A stretch of DNA of 64,000 nt, taken from the NCBI GenBank assembly GCA_021325135.1, contig JAJPHT010000013.1:1-64000 (forward strand), read 5' to 3'. Shown piece by piece: positions 27,497 to 36,692 of this stretch (its first letter is position 1; each line of letters starts with the position of its first letter). The notes below the pieces were generated by a model. The model had not been told where the DNA came from, ran no database searches, and was given only the letters and a program-made list of their open reading frames with translations. A program made the translations under genes and the position numbers. The DNA comes from Pseudomonadota bacterium. GTDB taxonomy: Archaea > Thermoplasmatota > SW-10-69-26 > JACQPN01 > JAJPHT01.

Positions 27497-29288
27497 GGGC
27501 CCGCAGCGCGGCCGCCATCTCCCGCGCGTCCGCGAACCGGTGCGCGGGGTCGCGCGCCAGCGCCTTCTCCAGCGCAGGGCGCAGCGGGTCGGCCGAGGCG
27601 GGAAGCGCCAGCGCGAGGTCCCCCGTGAGCGTCCGCACCGTGAGGAACGCGGGCTCGACGGGCGCCTCGCCCAGGTGCCACGCGCCGGAGAGCATCTCGT
27701 GGAGCACGACGCCCGTGGCGTAGAGGTCCGTGCGCGCGTCCGGCGGCTGGCCGCGCAGCTGCTCGGGGCTCATGTAGCGCAGCGTGCCTCCTCCGGGCAT
27801 GAGCGTGACGTCGGAGACGTGGCGCGCGTTGCCGAAGTCCGCCAGCCGCACGGCGCCCTCGCGCGTGAGGAGGACGTTCTCCGGCTTCACGTCGCCGTGG
27901 ACGACGCCCGCGTCGTGGCACGCCGCCAGGGCCGCGAGCATCTCGTCCGCGATCCGCAGCGCCTCGCGCGGGGGGAGCCGGCCGCCGCTGCGCGCGAGGA
28001 GGCCCGCGAGGCTGCCGCCGGCCACGTGCTCCATGACGATGACGCCCTCGCCGGCGTGGACGTCCGCGTCGTACACGCGCACGACGTTCTCGTGGCGCAC
28101 GCGGGCCAGCGCGCGGGCCTCGCGCATCGCGGGCCCCTCCTCGCCCCCGGGGACGCGCTTGAGCACGACCTCGCGCTGGAGCCGCTCGTCCACGTGCACC
28201 TGCGCCCGGCCCTGCCCCCCCTCGCCCAGGGCGCGCACGAAACGATATCGCCCCAGCAGGAGGCCCTCGTCGCGGGCGGGCCGCAGGCGCGCGCCGGGCG
28301 GAAGCGCCGCGTAGGCGGCCAGGCCCCCCACCACGAGCCCCAGGAAGACGCCGATGGCGACCGCGAGGGGGTGCCCCTGGAAGACCACGATGGCGATGAC
28401 GTTCACCATGGCGAAGCAGCAGGCCAGGGCCGTGAACGCGGTCGCGCGCGCGAGCCAGCGCGGCGGGCGCTCCAGCGCGAAGAGGCCGGTCCGCTGCGCG
28501 ACGTGGACGGGGGCGAGCGCGCGCAGCGCGAGCACGAGGGCGAAGGTGGAGAAGTCGAGCTGGGCCGCGACCCGCGCCGCGGCGATGAAGGCGCCGAACG
28601 CCATGACGGCCAGGGGGAGCCAGAGGCGCCAGCGCAGCGCGAAGAAGAGGGAGGCCGCGAGGGCCAGCGCCACGGTGGCGAGGTCCGTGGCGCCCAGGGA
28701 GCCGCCCCGCGCGAGCCCCACCAGCTGGCCGCCCGAGGCGTTGAACACCGAGACCGCGGCGGAGACGACGACGAGGACCGCGCCGTTGCGCTCCCTCGGG
28801 GCGAGCTTGCGGGCGCGCCATGCGACGACCACGATGCTGGCCGTCACGAGGGTGGTCACAAGCTGGCTCATGACCTGGTAGGCCAGCGTGGGCTGCCCCT
28901 CGACGAGGTACCACGAGCGGTGGAGGAGCCAGCCCGCGTCCAGGAGGACCTGCGCGGCGACGAGGGCGATCCAGAGGGCGCCGCCCAGGCTGCGGGCGCG
29001 CATGGGCGCGGGGAAGAGGGCGACGAAGGCCAGGAAGAGCGTGAACGCTGCGAGGTTGAGGTCGAAGAACGTCAGCGACCACGCGGCGCCCTCGGGGGTG
29101 CCCGCGCCGACGACGTCCACGAGCCCGCCCGCGGCGGTGCGCACGCCCAGGAGCCCCAGGAAGACGGCCATGAGCCACGCGGCCGCGTTGCGCGGGCGGC
29201 CCGCGGCGAAGGACCACGCCGCCATGAGGAAGATCGGCACGACGGCGAGGTTCAGGAACGCGCGCAGCGCGGCGGGCTCGGTCGCCAT
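27477..29288 (-). CDS. Polytopic membrane Hanks-type Ser/Thr protein kinase
   Basis: Multi-TM N-terminus; GEGGQG, VVLK, HGDVKPEN, DFG, YMSPE. Confidence 0.92.
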   Translation of the reverse strand: MATEPAALRAFLNLAVVPIFLMAAWSFAAGRPRNAAAWLMAVFLGLLGVRTAAGGLVDVVGAGTPEGAAWSLTFFDLNLAAFTLFLAFVALFPAPMRARSLGGALWIALVAAQVLLDAGWLLHRSWYLVEGQPTLAYQVMSQLVTTLVTASIVVVAWRARKLAPRERNGAVLVVVSAAVSVFNASGGQLVGLARGGSLGATDLATVALALAASLFFALRWRLWLPLAVMAFGAFIAAARVAAQLDFSTFALVLALRALAPVHVAQRTGLFALERPPRWLARATAFTALACCFAMVNVIAIVVFQGHPLAVAIGVFLGLVVGGLAAYAALPPGARLRPARDEGLLLGRYRFVRALGEGGQGRAQVHVDERLQREVVLKRVPGGEEGPAMREARALARVRHENVVRVYDADVHAGEGVIVMEHVAGGSLAGLLARSGGRLPPREALRIADEMLAALAACHDAGVVHGDVKPENVLLTREGAVRLADFGNARHVSDVTLMPGGGTLRYMSPEQLRGQPPDARTDLYATGVVLHEMLSGAWHLGEAPVEPAFLTVRTLTGDLALALPASADPLRPALEKALARDPAHRFADAREMAAALRALTPPAA

Positions 29289-29294
29289 GGGGCC

Positions 29295-29993
29295 TCACGC
29301 GGGCTTCCGGAAGAGCACGAGCGTCCGGCCGATGCCCACCAGCGCGCCGTTGTCCACGCGCGCGACGCCGCCGCGCTCCATGCGCTTCCAGTCCAGGAAC
29401 GTGCCGTTGCTGCTGTAGAGGTCCGCCAGCTCGAAGCCACCCCCTGGCGCGCGGCGCACCTCGGCGTGGCGCGCGCTGGCGTAGGGGTCGTAGTCGAGGC
29501 ACACCGCCGCCGCGGGGTCGCGCCCCAGCGCCCACGGGCCGCTCCCCGAGAGCAGGCTCGTGCTGCCCACGCGCATGCCATGGACGATGGTGAGCCGCGG
29601 CTGGTCGCGCTCCCGGGGCCCCGGCGCCGCGCCGCGGGCGTCCGCCGTCGTGGGGGCGCGCGCGTTCACCGTCTCCTCCAGGTCGCGGGAGAGGTCGCCC
29701 AGCCGGCCGAACATCTCGTAGACGGTGAAGAGGCGCTGAGGTGCCACGACGTAGCTCGTCACGGCGGCATGCTCGCTGCGCCCGCGCACGGCCTCCACGA
29801 GGCCAAGCTCCACCAGCTGGGCCACGTGCTCCTGGGCCGTCTGGCGCGCGACGCCAAGCTCGCTGGCGATCTCCTCCAGGTGGTGCGGCTGCGTGAGGTA
29901 TTGGAAGAGGCGCAGGCGCTTGGGGTTCGCCATGGCCTTGAGGTAGGCGGCGAGCGACTCGAACGGCGTGTCCTGGGGCGCCGCGGCGGCCAC
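29295..29993 (-). CDS. ArsR-like winged HTH plus FHA domain regulator
   Basis: KAMANPKRL...ARQTAQEHV HTH; LGRD, SARHA, DLYSSNGT FHA motifs; start uncertain. Confidence 0.88.
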   Translation of the reverse strand: MAAAAPQDTPFESLAAYLKAMANPKRLRLFQYLTQPHHLEEIASELGVARQTAQEHVAQLVELGLVEAVRGRSEHAAVTSYVVAPQRLFTVYEMFGRLGDLSRDLEETVNARAPTTADARGAAPGPRERDQPRLTIVHGMRVGSTSLLSGSGPWALGRDPAAAVCLDYDPYASARHAEVRRAPGGGFELADLYSSNGTFLDWKRMERGGVARVDNGALVGIGRTLVLFRKPA

Positions 29994-30108
29994 GGGGCGG
30001 GAAGCGCGGGACTCATCAAGAACGTCACGACCCCCGCGCAGGGACTTCCCTGCGTCCGCAGGCTCGGCCCGTGATCGCCTCAAAGGGGCGAGCGTCCACC
30101 AGACCCCC

Positions 30109-30201
30109 ATGGACTCCACGTTCTGGTGCTTCCTCGCCGTCGCCGCCCTCCTGGCCCTCGCGCTCGTGGAGCGCCTCACGTCGGAGTGGGCGGCGGAGTA
30201 G
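30109..30201 (+). CDS. Putative 30-aa single-TM peptide
   Basis: MDSTFWCFLAVAALLALALVERLTSEWAAE*. Confidence 0.4.
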   Translation: MDSTFWCFLAVAALLALALVERLTSEWAAE

Positions 30202-30206
30202 GCGCC

Positions 30207-31538
30207 TCAGCGCCCCACGATCTTCAGCGCCCGGTCCACGGTCGCCGCGCTCATGCCCGTGTAGTTCGCGGGGTTCAGCGCGTCGCGCACCTCGGCCGCG
30301 CTCATGCGGCTCGCGATGTCGGCGTGCGCGAGGAGCGACTCCTCGAACTCCTTGCCCGTCATGCTGGCCTGGCGCACGGCCTCGTGGGCCTCCTGCCGGC
30401 CGACGCCCTTCTCGACGAGCTTGAGCATCACGGACTCGGCCATGATGTGCGGGTTGCGCGAGAGGTTCTTGCGCATCTGCTCGGGGTAGACCTCGAGCTT
30501 GGCGAAGACGTCCACCGTGTCCACGAGGATCTCGTGCAGGAGGACGAAGGAGTGGGGAAGGAGGAAGCGCTCCGCGCTGCTGTTGGCCAGGTCGCGCTCG
30601 TGCCACTGGATGCTGTTCTCGTAGGCGGGGTAGAGGTTGCTGCGCACGACGCGGGCGAGGCCGGAGACCTTCTCGGACTTCACCGGGTTGCGCTTCTGCG
30701 CCATGGTGCTGCTGCCCACCTGCTTCTTGCGGTCGAAGCCCTCGGCGACCTCGCTGATCTCGGTGCGCTGGAGGTTGCGGACCTCGGTGGCGAACTTCTC
30801 CAGGGACGTCGCGACGTTGGCCATCCAGGCGAACAGCTCGTTGTAGCGGTCGCGCTGGACGATCTGCGTGGGGCCCTCCTCCATGCCGATGCCCAGGTCG
30901 CGGGCGACGAACTCGGCGATCTCGAACGCCTTGGGGCCCAGCCCCGCGCTGCTGCCCACGGCGCCGGCCATCTTGCCCACGACGACGCGGGCGCGCATCT
31001 CGTGGAGGCGCTCCAGGTGGCGGTGCGTCTCCAGCAGGAAGACGCTCATCTTGAGCCCGAAGGTCATGGGCACGGCGGCCTGGCCGTGGGTGCGGCCCAT
31101 CATGACGGTGGCGCGGTGGTCGCGCGCCAGCTTGGCCAGCGCGTCCTCCAGGTCCTCCAGCTCCTCCTCGATGAGCTTCAGGCCGTCGCGGAACATGAGC
31201 GCGTTCGCGCTGTCGATGATGTCGTAGGACGTGGCGCCCAGGTGGACGTAGTTGCCCGCCCCCTTCTCGCAGACCTCGGTCAAGGCCTTCACGACGGCCA
31301 TGAGGTCGTGGCGGATCTCGGCCTCGATCTGGTGGACGCGCTCGGGGGTGACCTTGCCGGAGGTGGCCTTCCGGCTGATCTCCGTCGCGGCGTCGGCGGG
31401 GATGTTCCCCACGTAGGCGTGGGCCCGGGCGAGGGAGGCCTCCACGGCCAGGAGCCGCGCGAGCTTGCCCTCCTCGCTGAAGATGGCCTTCATCTCGGGA
31501 CGGCCGTAGCGGAAGTCGAGGGGGCAGGAGAGGACCAT
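30207..31538 (-). CDS. purB: Adenylosuccinate lyase
   Basis: RHD, HLGATS, GRTHGQ, GSSTMAQKRNP signature. Confidence 0.96.
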   Translation of the reverse strand: MVLSCPLDFRYGRPEMKAIFSEEGKLARLLAVEASLARAHAYVGNIPADAATEISRKATSGKVTPERVHQIEAEIRHDLMAVVKALTEVCEKGAGNYVHLGATSYDIIDSANALMFRDGLKLIEEELEDLEDALAKLARDHRATVMMGRTHGQAAVPMTFGLKMSVFLLETHRHLERLHEMRARVVVGKMAGAVGSSAGLGPKAFEIAEFVARDLGIGMEEGPTQIVQRDRYNELFAWMANVATSLEKFATEVRNLQRTEISEVAEGFDRKKQVGSSTMAQKRNPVKSEKVSGLARVVRSNLYPAYENSIQWHERDLANSSAERFLLPHSFVLLHEILVDTVDVFAKLEVYPEQMRKNLSRNPHIMAESVMLKLVEKGVGRQEAHEAVRQASMTGKEFEESLLAHADIASRMSAAEVRDALNPANYTGMSAATVDRALKIVGR

Positions 31539-31670
31539 TGGGGTACCCCGGGGGGATGATTCGGGCAGGGGGAGGGGGGTCTTGAAGGTAGTCCCGGGCT
31601 TCCCGGAGGCCTGGAACGGCCCGTGGTTTTAAGCACCCCTGACGCCAAGGCACAATCTCCGGTGGCGACG

Positions 31671-31904
31671 ATGGTGAAGGAAGCGAAGCCTGCGCTGGAC
31701 CCCGCGGTCCAGGCGGCGGTCAAGGACCTGTTCCTGGCGAGCGACGTCTTCCGCCAGGCCTATTCCGACTATCTCCGCGGCCGGGGCCCCGACGCCCCGT
31801 TCCGCCTCCACGCCCTCGAGGAGGCCCAGCAGCGCCTCGACGAGGCCCGGGTCAAGGCCGCCGAGGCCGAGCTGACCTCCCGCGCCGTGCGGCGCGAGCC
31901 CTGA
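31671..31904 (+). CDS. Small helical hypothetical protein
   Basis: 77 aa; ttttaag TATA upstream. Confidence 0.6.
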   Translation: MVKEAKPALDPAVQAAVKDLFLASDVFRQAYSDYLRGRGPDAPFRLHALEEAQQRLDEARVKAAEAELTSRAVRREP

Positions 31905-31976
31905 GGCTCCGGCCCAGGGCCGAAGGCCCACAAGCGCAGCGCACTTGCCACGGACCCGGCTCCCCAGCGGCGTCCC

Positions 31977-32159
31977 ATGCCTGCGACCCTTCTCGCGACA
32001 GCCTGCCGCCGCTGCCAAGCCCCCCTTGACCTGGCCCGCCGGGCGGCCCTCGTGCCGAGCCCGCGCGCGGGCCTCCTCCTGGACGTGGCCTGCGAGACGT
32101 GCGGGCACCGCGCGCTTTATCCGGCCCCTGGGCCGCTGGGCCATCACGCGCGGGGTTAA
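31977..32159 (+). CDS. Small Zn-ribbon protein
   Basis: CRRC...CETC, 60 aa. Confidence 0.55.
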   Translation: MPATLLATACRRCQAPLDLARRAALVPSPRAGLLLDVACETCGHRALYPAPGPLGHHARG

Positions 32160-32192
32160 ATAGCGCCTGCAAGAGGGGACAACTCGATAGCC

Positions 32193-32771
32193 ATGAGCGC
32201 CCGCTTGCACGCTGTCCGCCTCCGTCGCTCCGACGCGGCCGAGGTTGGTGTGGGGACGCTGATCATCTTCATCGCCATGGTGCTCGTCGCCGCCGTCGCG
32301 GCCGCCGTCATCATCGGCACGTCCGGGAGCCTGGAGCAGCGCGCCCAGCAGACGGGCAAGGAGGCCACCGCGGAGGTGTCCTCCAACGTGAAGGTCGTCG
32401 GCATCTACGGCCTGCGCAACGACACCTCCACGGACATCTACACGGTCCGCATGGAGCTGAGCCTCTCGGCGGGCAGCAAGGACGTCGACCTCAACACCAT
32501 GATCATCCGCTACTCGGACGGCAACAACGTCCGCGTGTACGGCTTCAACGCCACGCCCGGCTTCACCCTCAGCTGGGTCCGCGGCGTCGGCACGAACAAC
32601 GTCATGAAGCAGGGCGACCTGGTCGACCTCGACTTCACCACCGTGAGCACCACGCTGGCGCCGCGCACGACCGTGCAGGTCACCCTCCTGCCCGAGATCG
32701 GGGCGCCCATCGACATCGTGCTCAAGACGCCGCCCACCTACGGCACGGACACCAACGTGCTGATCCAATAG
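32193..32771 (+). CDS. flaB: Archaellin
   Basis: Class III signal peptide and EVGVGTLIIFIAMVLVAAVAAAVII; PEIGAP C-terminal motif. Confidence 0.92.
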   Translation: MSARLHAVRLRRSDAAEVGVGTLIIFIAMVLVAAVAAAVIIGTSGSLEQRAQQTGKEATAEVSSNVKVVGIYGLRNDTSTDIYTVRMELSLSAGSKDVDLNTMIIRYSDGNNVRVYGFNATPGFTLSWVRGVGTNNVMKQGDLVDLDFTTVSTTLAPRTTVQVTLLPEIGAPIDIVLKTPPTYGTDTNVLIQ

Positions 32772-32840
32772 GCGTGGGCGCCCCCGGCCCGGAGGGCCGT
32801 CCTCGCCTGAGTGGTGTTGCTCCTTCTCCTCACGTCTTAG

Positions 32841-32928
32841 CGCGACAACGCCACGGCGCCACGACGCGACGGACGAGGGAACCCTTGTTTCCCCAATCGT
32901 CGCGTCGTGGCGCCGTGGCGGCGTCGCG
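32841..32928. repeat. Intergenic hairpin built from 8-nt tandem units
   Basis: 31-nt arms 32841-32871 and 32898-32928 pair at 29/31; units cgcgacaa/cgccacgg/cgccacga/cgcgacgg. Confidence 0.85.
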
Positions 32929-33072
32929 TCAAGACATGACAGAAAAGGAAAGCACCGTGGCGTGGAGAAGGGAAAGGGCCCATCCCACTGGAGCCCGGAC
33001 AGAACGGCCAGACGCCCTGTCCAATGGGTCGGTGGGTTTTAAGGGGGGGACCCGCCATCGCCCCTCGATTCC

Positions 33073-34380
33073 ATGGCCGACTTTGACGTCATCGTCGTGG
33101 GCGCCGGCGTCTGCGGCTCCACGGCTGCGGCGCGCATGGCCCAGAAGGGCCTGAACGTCCTCCTCGTGGACCGCGCGAAGCCCATCGGGTCGAAGAACCT
33201 CTCGGGCGGCGTCCTGTGGGGCCACGACCTGGACGAGGTCTTCCCCAACTGGTGGAAGGACGGCCCGGTCGAGCGCCCGATCACCCAGAAGGGCGTCGGC
33301 ATGCTCACCAAGGAGTCGAACTTCACCATCGGCTTCGGCACCGAGGAGTGGAAGCGCGCGCCCCACAACGCGTTCAGCGTGCTGCGCGCCCGCTTCGACC
33401 TGTGGCTCTCCGAGCAGGCCGCCAAGGCCGGCGTCACCGTCATCGACGGCGTGAACGTGGATCACCTCGCCGTGGACGACGTGAACGGCATCCGCACGGT
33501 CAAGGGCGTCGTCCAGGGCGGCGACACCATCACGGGCGACTGCGTGCTCCTGGCGGATGGCTGCAACTCGCGCCTCAGCATGGACCTGGGCATCCGCGGC
33601 AAGCTCGACCGTGTGAACTACGTTACCGGCGTCAAGCAGGTCATCAAGTTCCCCAGCGAGAAGGCCATCGAGGACCGCTTCGGCATCGGCCCCGGCGAGG
33701 GCGTCGCCTACGAGTACGTGCTGGGCTACCTGGAGAACGGCGCCAAGGCGGGCGGCTTCCTCTACACCAACAAGGACACCATCTCCCTGGGCGTCGTCGT
33801 CAACCTCGACAGCATCTGGGAGAAGGGCGTCTACAACCACAAGATCATGGAGTCCTTCCGCACGCACCCCGCCATCGCGGGCCTGCTCCGCGGCGGCGAC
33901 ATGGTGGAGTACGGCGCGCACCTCATCCCCGTGGGCATGGAGCACTGCGTCCCGCAGCTTTCCGGCCAGGGCTGGATGATCGCGGGCGACGCGGCCGGCT
34001 TCGTCTACAGCAACGGCCTCGTGATCCACGGCATGAACTACGCCATCAAGAGCGGCATCCTCGCGGCCGACGCCGCCGTCGCCGCCAAGGCCGCGGGCGG
34101 CTTCACCCAGCGCAACCTCTCCGTCTACGACCGCTCCATCAAGGAGTCCTACATCTGGAAGGACTTCGAGAACCTCGGCACCGCGCACGAGTTCGAGTGG
34201 GACGACATGAACCACTTCGTCATCCCCAAGCTCGCCGAGGGCGTGATGAAGGGCATGTTCACCTACACCGGCGAGCCCAAGGAGACCACCGAGACCCGCG
34301 TGCGCCGGCAGCTCAAGGAGCAGAAGGTGAGCCTCGTGAAGCTGGGCAAGTTCGCGCTCAAGGCGAGGAAGTCCCTCTGA
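33073..34380 (+). CDS. fixC: FixC-like FAD-dependent ETF:quinone oxidoreductase
   Basis: GAGVCG FAD motif, KNLSGG, GGFLYTN, EYGAHLIP, GDAAG. Confidence 0.88.
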   Translation: MADFDVIVVGAGVCGSTAAARMAQKGLNVLLVDRAKPIGSKNLSGGVLWGHDLDEVFPNWWKDGPVERPITQKGVGMLTKESNFTIGFGTEEWKRAPHNAFSVLRARFDLWLSEQAAKAGVTVIDGVNVDHLAVDDVNGIRTVKGVVQGGDTITGDCVLLADGCNSRLSMDLGIRGKLDRVNYVTGVKQVIKFPSEKAIEDRFGIGPGEGVAYEYVLGYLENGAKAGGFLYTNKDTISLGVVVNLDSIWEKGVYNHKIMESFRTHPAIAGLLRGGDMVEYGAHLIPVGMEHCVPQLSGQGWMIAGDAAGFVYSNGLVIHGMNYAIKSGILAADAAVAAKAAGGFTQRNLSVYDRSIKESYIWKDFENLGTAHEFEWDDMNHFVIPKLAEGVMKGMFTYTGEPKETTETRVRRQLKEQKVSLVKLGKFALKARKSL

Positions 34381-34391
34381 GGTGATGACGC

Positions 34392-34691
34392 ATGGCGGAG
34401 CTGACCAAGGAGCCCATGGAAATCAAGGCGATGCTCGGCACGACGAGCTACAACTTCGACGCGCACGAGTACGCCCACATCACCATCGACCAGAGCATCT
34501 GCAAGACGTGCCCGCACTTCATGTGCATGTACGGCTGCCCCGCCGGATGCTTCTCGCTCAACGAGGGCGTCATGCAGTTCCAGTACGAGGACTGCGTCGA
34601 GTGCGGCACCTGTGATATCATGTGCACGCCCGGGTCCGTCAAGTGGAACAACCCGCGCGGCACGTACGGTGTGAAGTACAAGTATGGCTGA
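34392..34691 (+). CDS. fixX: FixX-like ferredoxin
   Basis: CKTC..CMYGCPAGC, CVECGTC, NPRGTYGVKYKYG; ggtga RBS. Confidence 0.9.
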   Translation: MAELTKEPMEIKAMLGTTSYNFDAHEYAHITIDQSICKTCPHFMCMYGCPAGCFSLNEGVMQFQYEDCVECGTCDIMCTPGSVKWNNPRGTYGVKYKYG

Positions 34692-34777
34692 GGAGCGGAG
34701 CGACGAAGCCATGCTTGGACTGAGGCCGATCCCGAGCGAAGCGAGAGGCTTCGGCCGGAAGTACAAGTACGGGTGAG
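34673..34777. repeat. 20-bp duplication of the fixX 3' end flanking a 65-bp insert
   Basis: gaagtacaagtatggctgag (34673-34692) vs gaagtacaagtacgggtgag (34758-34777). Confidence 0.8.
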
Positions 34778-34784
34778 CCGACCC

Positions 34785-35027
34785 ATGGCCCCGCCCGCCG
34801 CGACTCCCGCGCTTGCGCCCGGCTGGTGGGTGCCCAGCATCAGCGACGTCGCGATGGGGCTCATGGCGCAGCTCACCGCCATGTTCCTGTTCCAGGTCAA
34901 CACGGTGGACGGCGACCGCAGCCTCTGGACGCTCGTGCCGCTGGCGGTCGTCTTCTTCGTGGGCGCCTTCTACGTCGGGCGAGGCGTGAGGAAGCTCCGC
35001 CGGGCGTCGAAGCCGGATTCCCCGTAG
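34785..35027 (+). CDS. Small two-TM membrane protein
   Basis: Hydrophobic helices, basic tail. Confidence 0.6.
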   Translation: MAPPAATPALAPGWWVPSISDVAMGLMAQLTAMFLFQVNTVDGDRSLWTLVPLAVVFFVGAFYVGRGVRKLRRASKPDSP

Positions 35028-35088
35028 GCGCCATCGCTTCCCCTTCCGGAAGCGCCGCTTCAAGACCCCGGCGCGCTTCCCCTCCTTC

Positions 35089-35694
35089 GTGCAATCCTCC
35101 ACCGTCGCGGCGCCGGACCTCGCCAATCGCCTCCTCCCCCAGCTTGCGAAGCGCGGCTTCACGGCCGAGCGCGTGGCCACCGGCGCGGAGGCGCGCGAGG
35201 CCGTGCTGCGCCGCATCCCGGCGGGCGCGCGCGTGATGACCGGCGGCAGCACGACGCTGGAGCAGATCGGCGTGACCGACGCGCTCTCCGCGGGCGATCA
35301 CCACTACCTGCGCGTGGCGATCCGCGCGGAGCAGGACCCGGCGCTGCGCCACAAGCTGCGCGTGGAGGCCAACACGGCGCCCTGGTTCGTCTCCAGCGTG
35401 AACGCGATCACGGAGGACGGCGTCCTCGTCGCGGCCGACGGCGCGGGCAACCGCGTCGCGGCCCTGGCCTTCGGGCCCAGCCACGTCGTCGTGGTGGCGA
35501 GCCTCCACAAGGTCGTGCCCACGCTGGAGGACGCGATGCGCCGCGTGCGCGAGGTCGCGCTGCCCCTGGAGTCGGAGCGCATCCGCAAGGCGGGATACCC
35601 GGGCGGCTCGTACATCGCCAAGTGGACGATCCTGGAGCGCGACCAGCCCGGCCGCGTCCACGTGGTCCTCGTGGACGAGCCGCTGGGCTTCTAG
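35089..35694 (+). CDS. LUD-domain (LutC/YkgG-like) protein
   Basis: GGSTTL, SSVNAITEDG, DGAGNRVAA, LGF end. Confidence 0.85.
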   Translation: MQSSTVAAPDLANRLLPQLAKRGFTAERVATGAEAREAVLRRIPAGARVMTGGSTTLEQIGVTDALSAGDHHYLRVAIRAEQDPALRHKLRVEANTAPWFVSSVNAITEDGVLVAADGAGNRVAALAFGPSHVVVVASLHKVVPTLEDAMRRVREVALPLESERIRKAGYPGGSYIAKWTILERDQPGRVHVVLVDEPLGF

Positions 35695-36599
35695 GGGCGC
35701 GCGTCGCGCACCTTGGCCCTCACGAGATCGAGGTTCATCCGCTGCGCCAGCACCGGGAGAAGCTCCGCTTCGCTGACGCCCGGAAGCCCCTCGACGGCGG
35801 CGTGGAGCCGCGCCATCTCGCCGGCGTTGGCCACGCGGACGAACGCGTCCACGTACCCCTCGAACGCCTGGAGGTAGAACCACGGCGGGAGGGCCTTCCC
35901 CAGCCGCGCCACGAGCTTCGCGGGCGCCGCGCCCTCCTCCAGCGAGAGCACGACGTGGTGGACGAGGGCGCCCTCCACGGCGGAGAAGTCCAGGATGGGC
36001 GCGAACCAGAGCGCGTGCCCGCGCAGGAGCCGCTGGTGGCGGCGCGTGACCGTCTTCCGGCTGACGCCCAGCCGCCGCGCGGCCGCGTCCAGCGTGCCCG
36101 TGGGGTCCGCCATGAGCGCGTCGATGAGGCGCCAGTCCAGCGCGCTGGGCGGGGCCTCGACCTCGGGCAGCGGGGGCTCGAAGGTGGGCGGGACCTCCGC
36201 GACGCCGGGGATGGCCGCGAGGCGCCTGCGGATGGACGCCTCGTCCTCTTGCGCGTCGGCCAGCAGCGCGATCCCCACCCAGGGGCCGACGTGGTCGAGC
36301 ACGTTGACGACGCGCGCCTCCCGCGCCAGCGCCTCCATGGCGCGGGGCTTCTGCGCAAGCGACGCGAAGCGCAACGCGCCCCCGTGCAGCGAGGCGCCCA
36401 CCAGGGCGGGCGTGGGCATCGTCGCGTACCCCTGGAGGAAGCCCTTGCGCTGCCAGCGGCGCAGCCGGTCGCGCACGGTGGTCCGTTCCACGCGCAGGCC
36501 GCGCGCGAGGGCGTTGGCGCACAGGCGCGGGTCGCGGCTGCCCCAGGGCATCCCGTCCTCCAGGATGGCGCGCAGCAGGCGGACGTCCAGGTCGTCCAC
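35691..36599 (-). CDS. Lrp/AsnC-like regulator with two HTH modules
   Basis: DDLDVRLL...ARGLRVERTTVRDRL and SALDWRLI...ARRLGVSRKTVTRR. Confidence 0.8.
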   Translation of the reverse strand: MDDLDVRLLRAILEDGMPWGSRDPRLCANALARGLRVERTTVRDRLRRWQRKGFLQGYATMPTPALVGASLHGGALRFASLAQKPRAMEALAREARVVNVLDHVGPWVGIALLADAQEDEASIRRRLAAIPGVAEVPPTFEPPLPEVEAPPSALDWRLIDALMADPTGTLDAAARRLGVSRKTVTRRHQRLLRGHALWFAPILDFSAVEGALVHHVVLSLEEGAAPAKLVARLGKALPPWFYLQAFEGYVDAFVRVANAGEMARLHAAVEGLPGVSEAELLPVLAQRMNLDLVRAKVRDARP

Positions 36600-36692
36600 G
36601 CGGGCCCAGCGCGGGACCCGGGCAAGAAGGTGTCCCAAAGCGGCGGCGCCGCCCACGCAGGACCTATCGTTCCCCGCGCGCTCCTCGTCTCC

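Noticed and set aside
33073-34691. Nitrogen fixation inferred from fixCX
   Set aside because: No nif genes; FixCX homologs are common ETF-linked oxidoreductases
34689-34780. Selenocysteine or stop read-through of the fixX TGA with a downstream hairpin
   Set aside because: The TGA is at the normal FixX C-terminus, and the duplicated end is 85 bp away, out of frame
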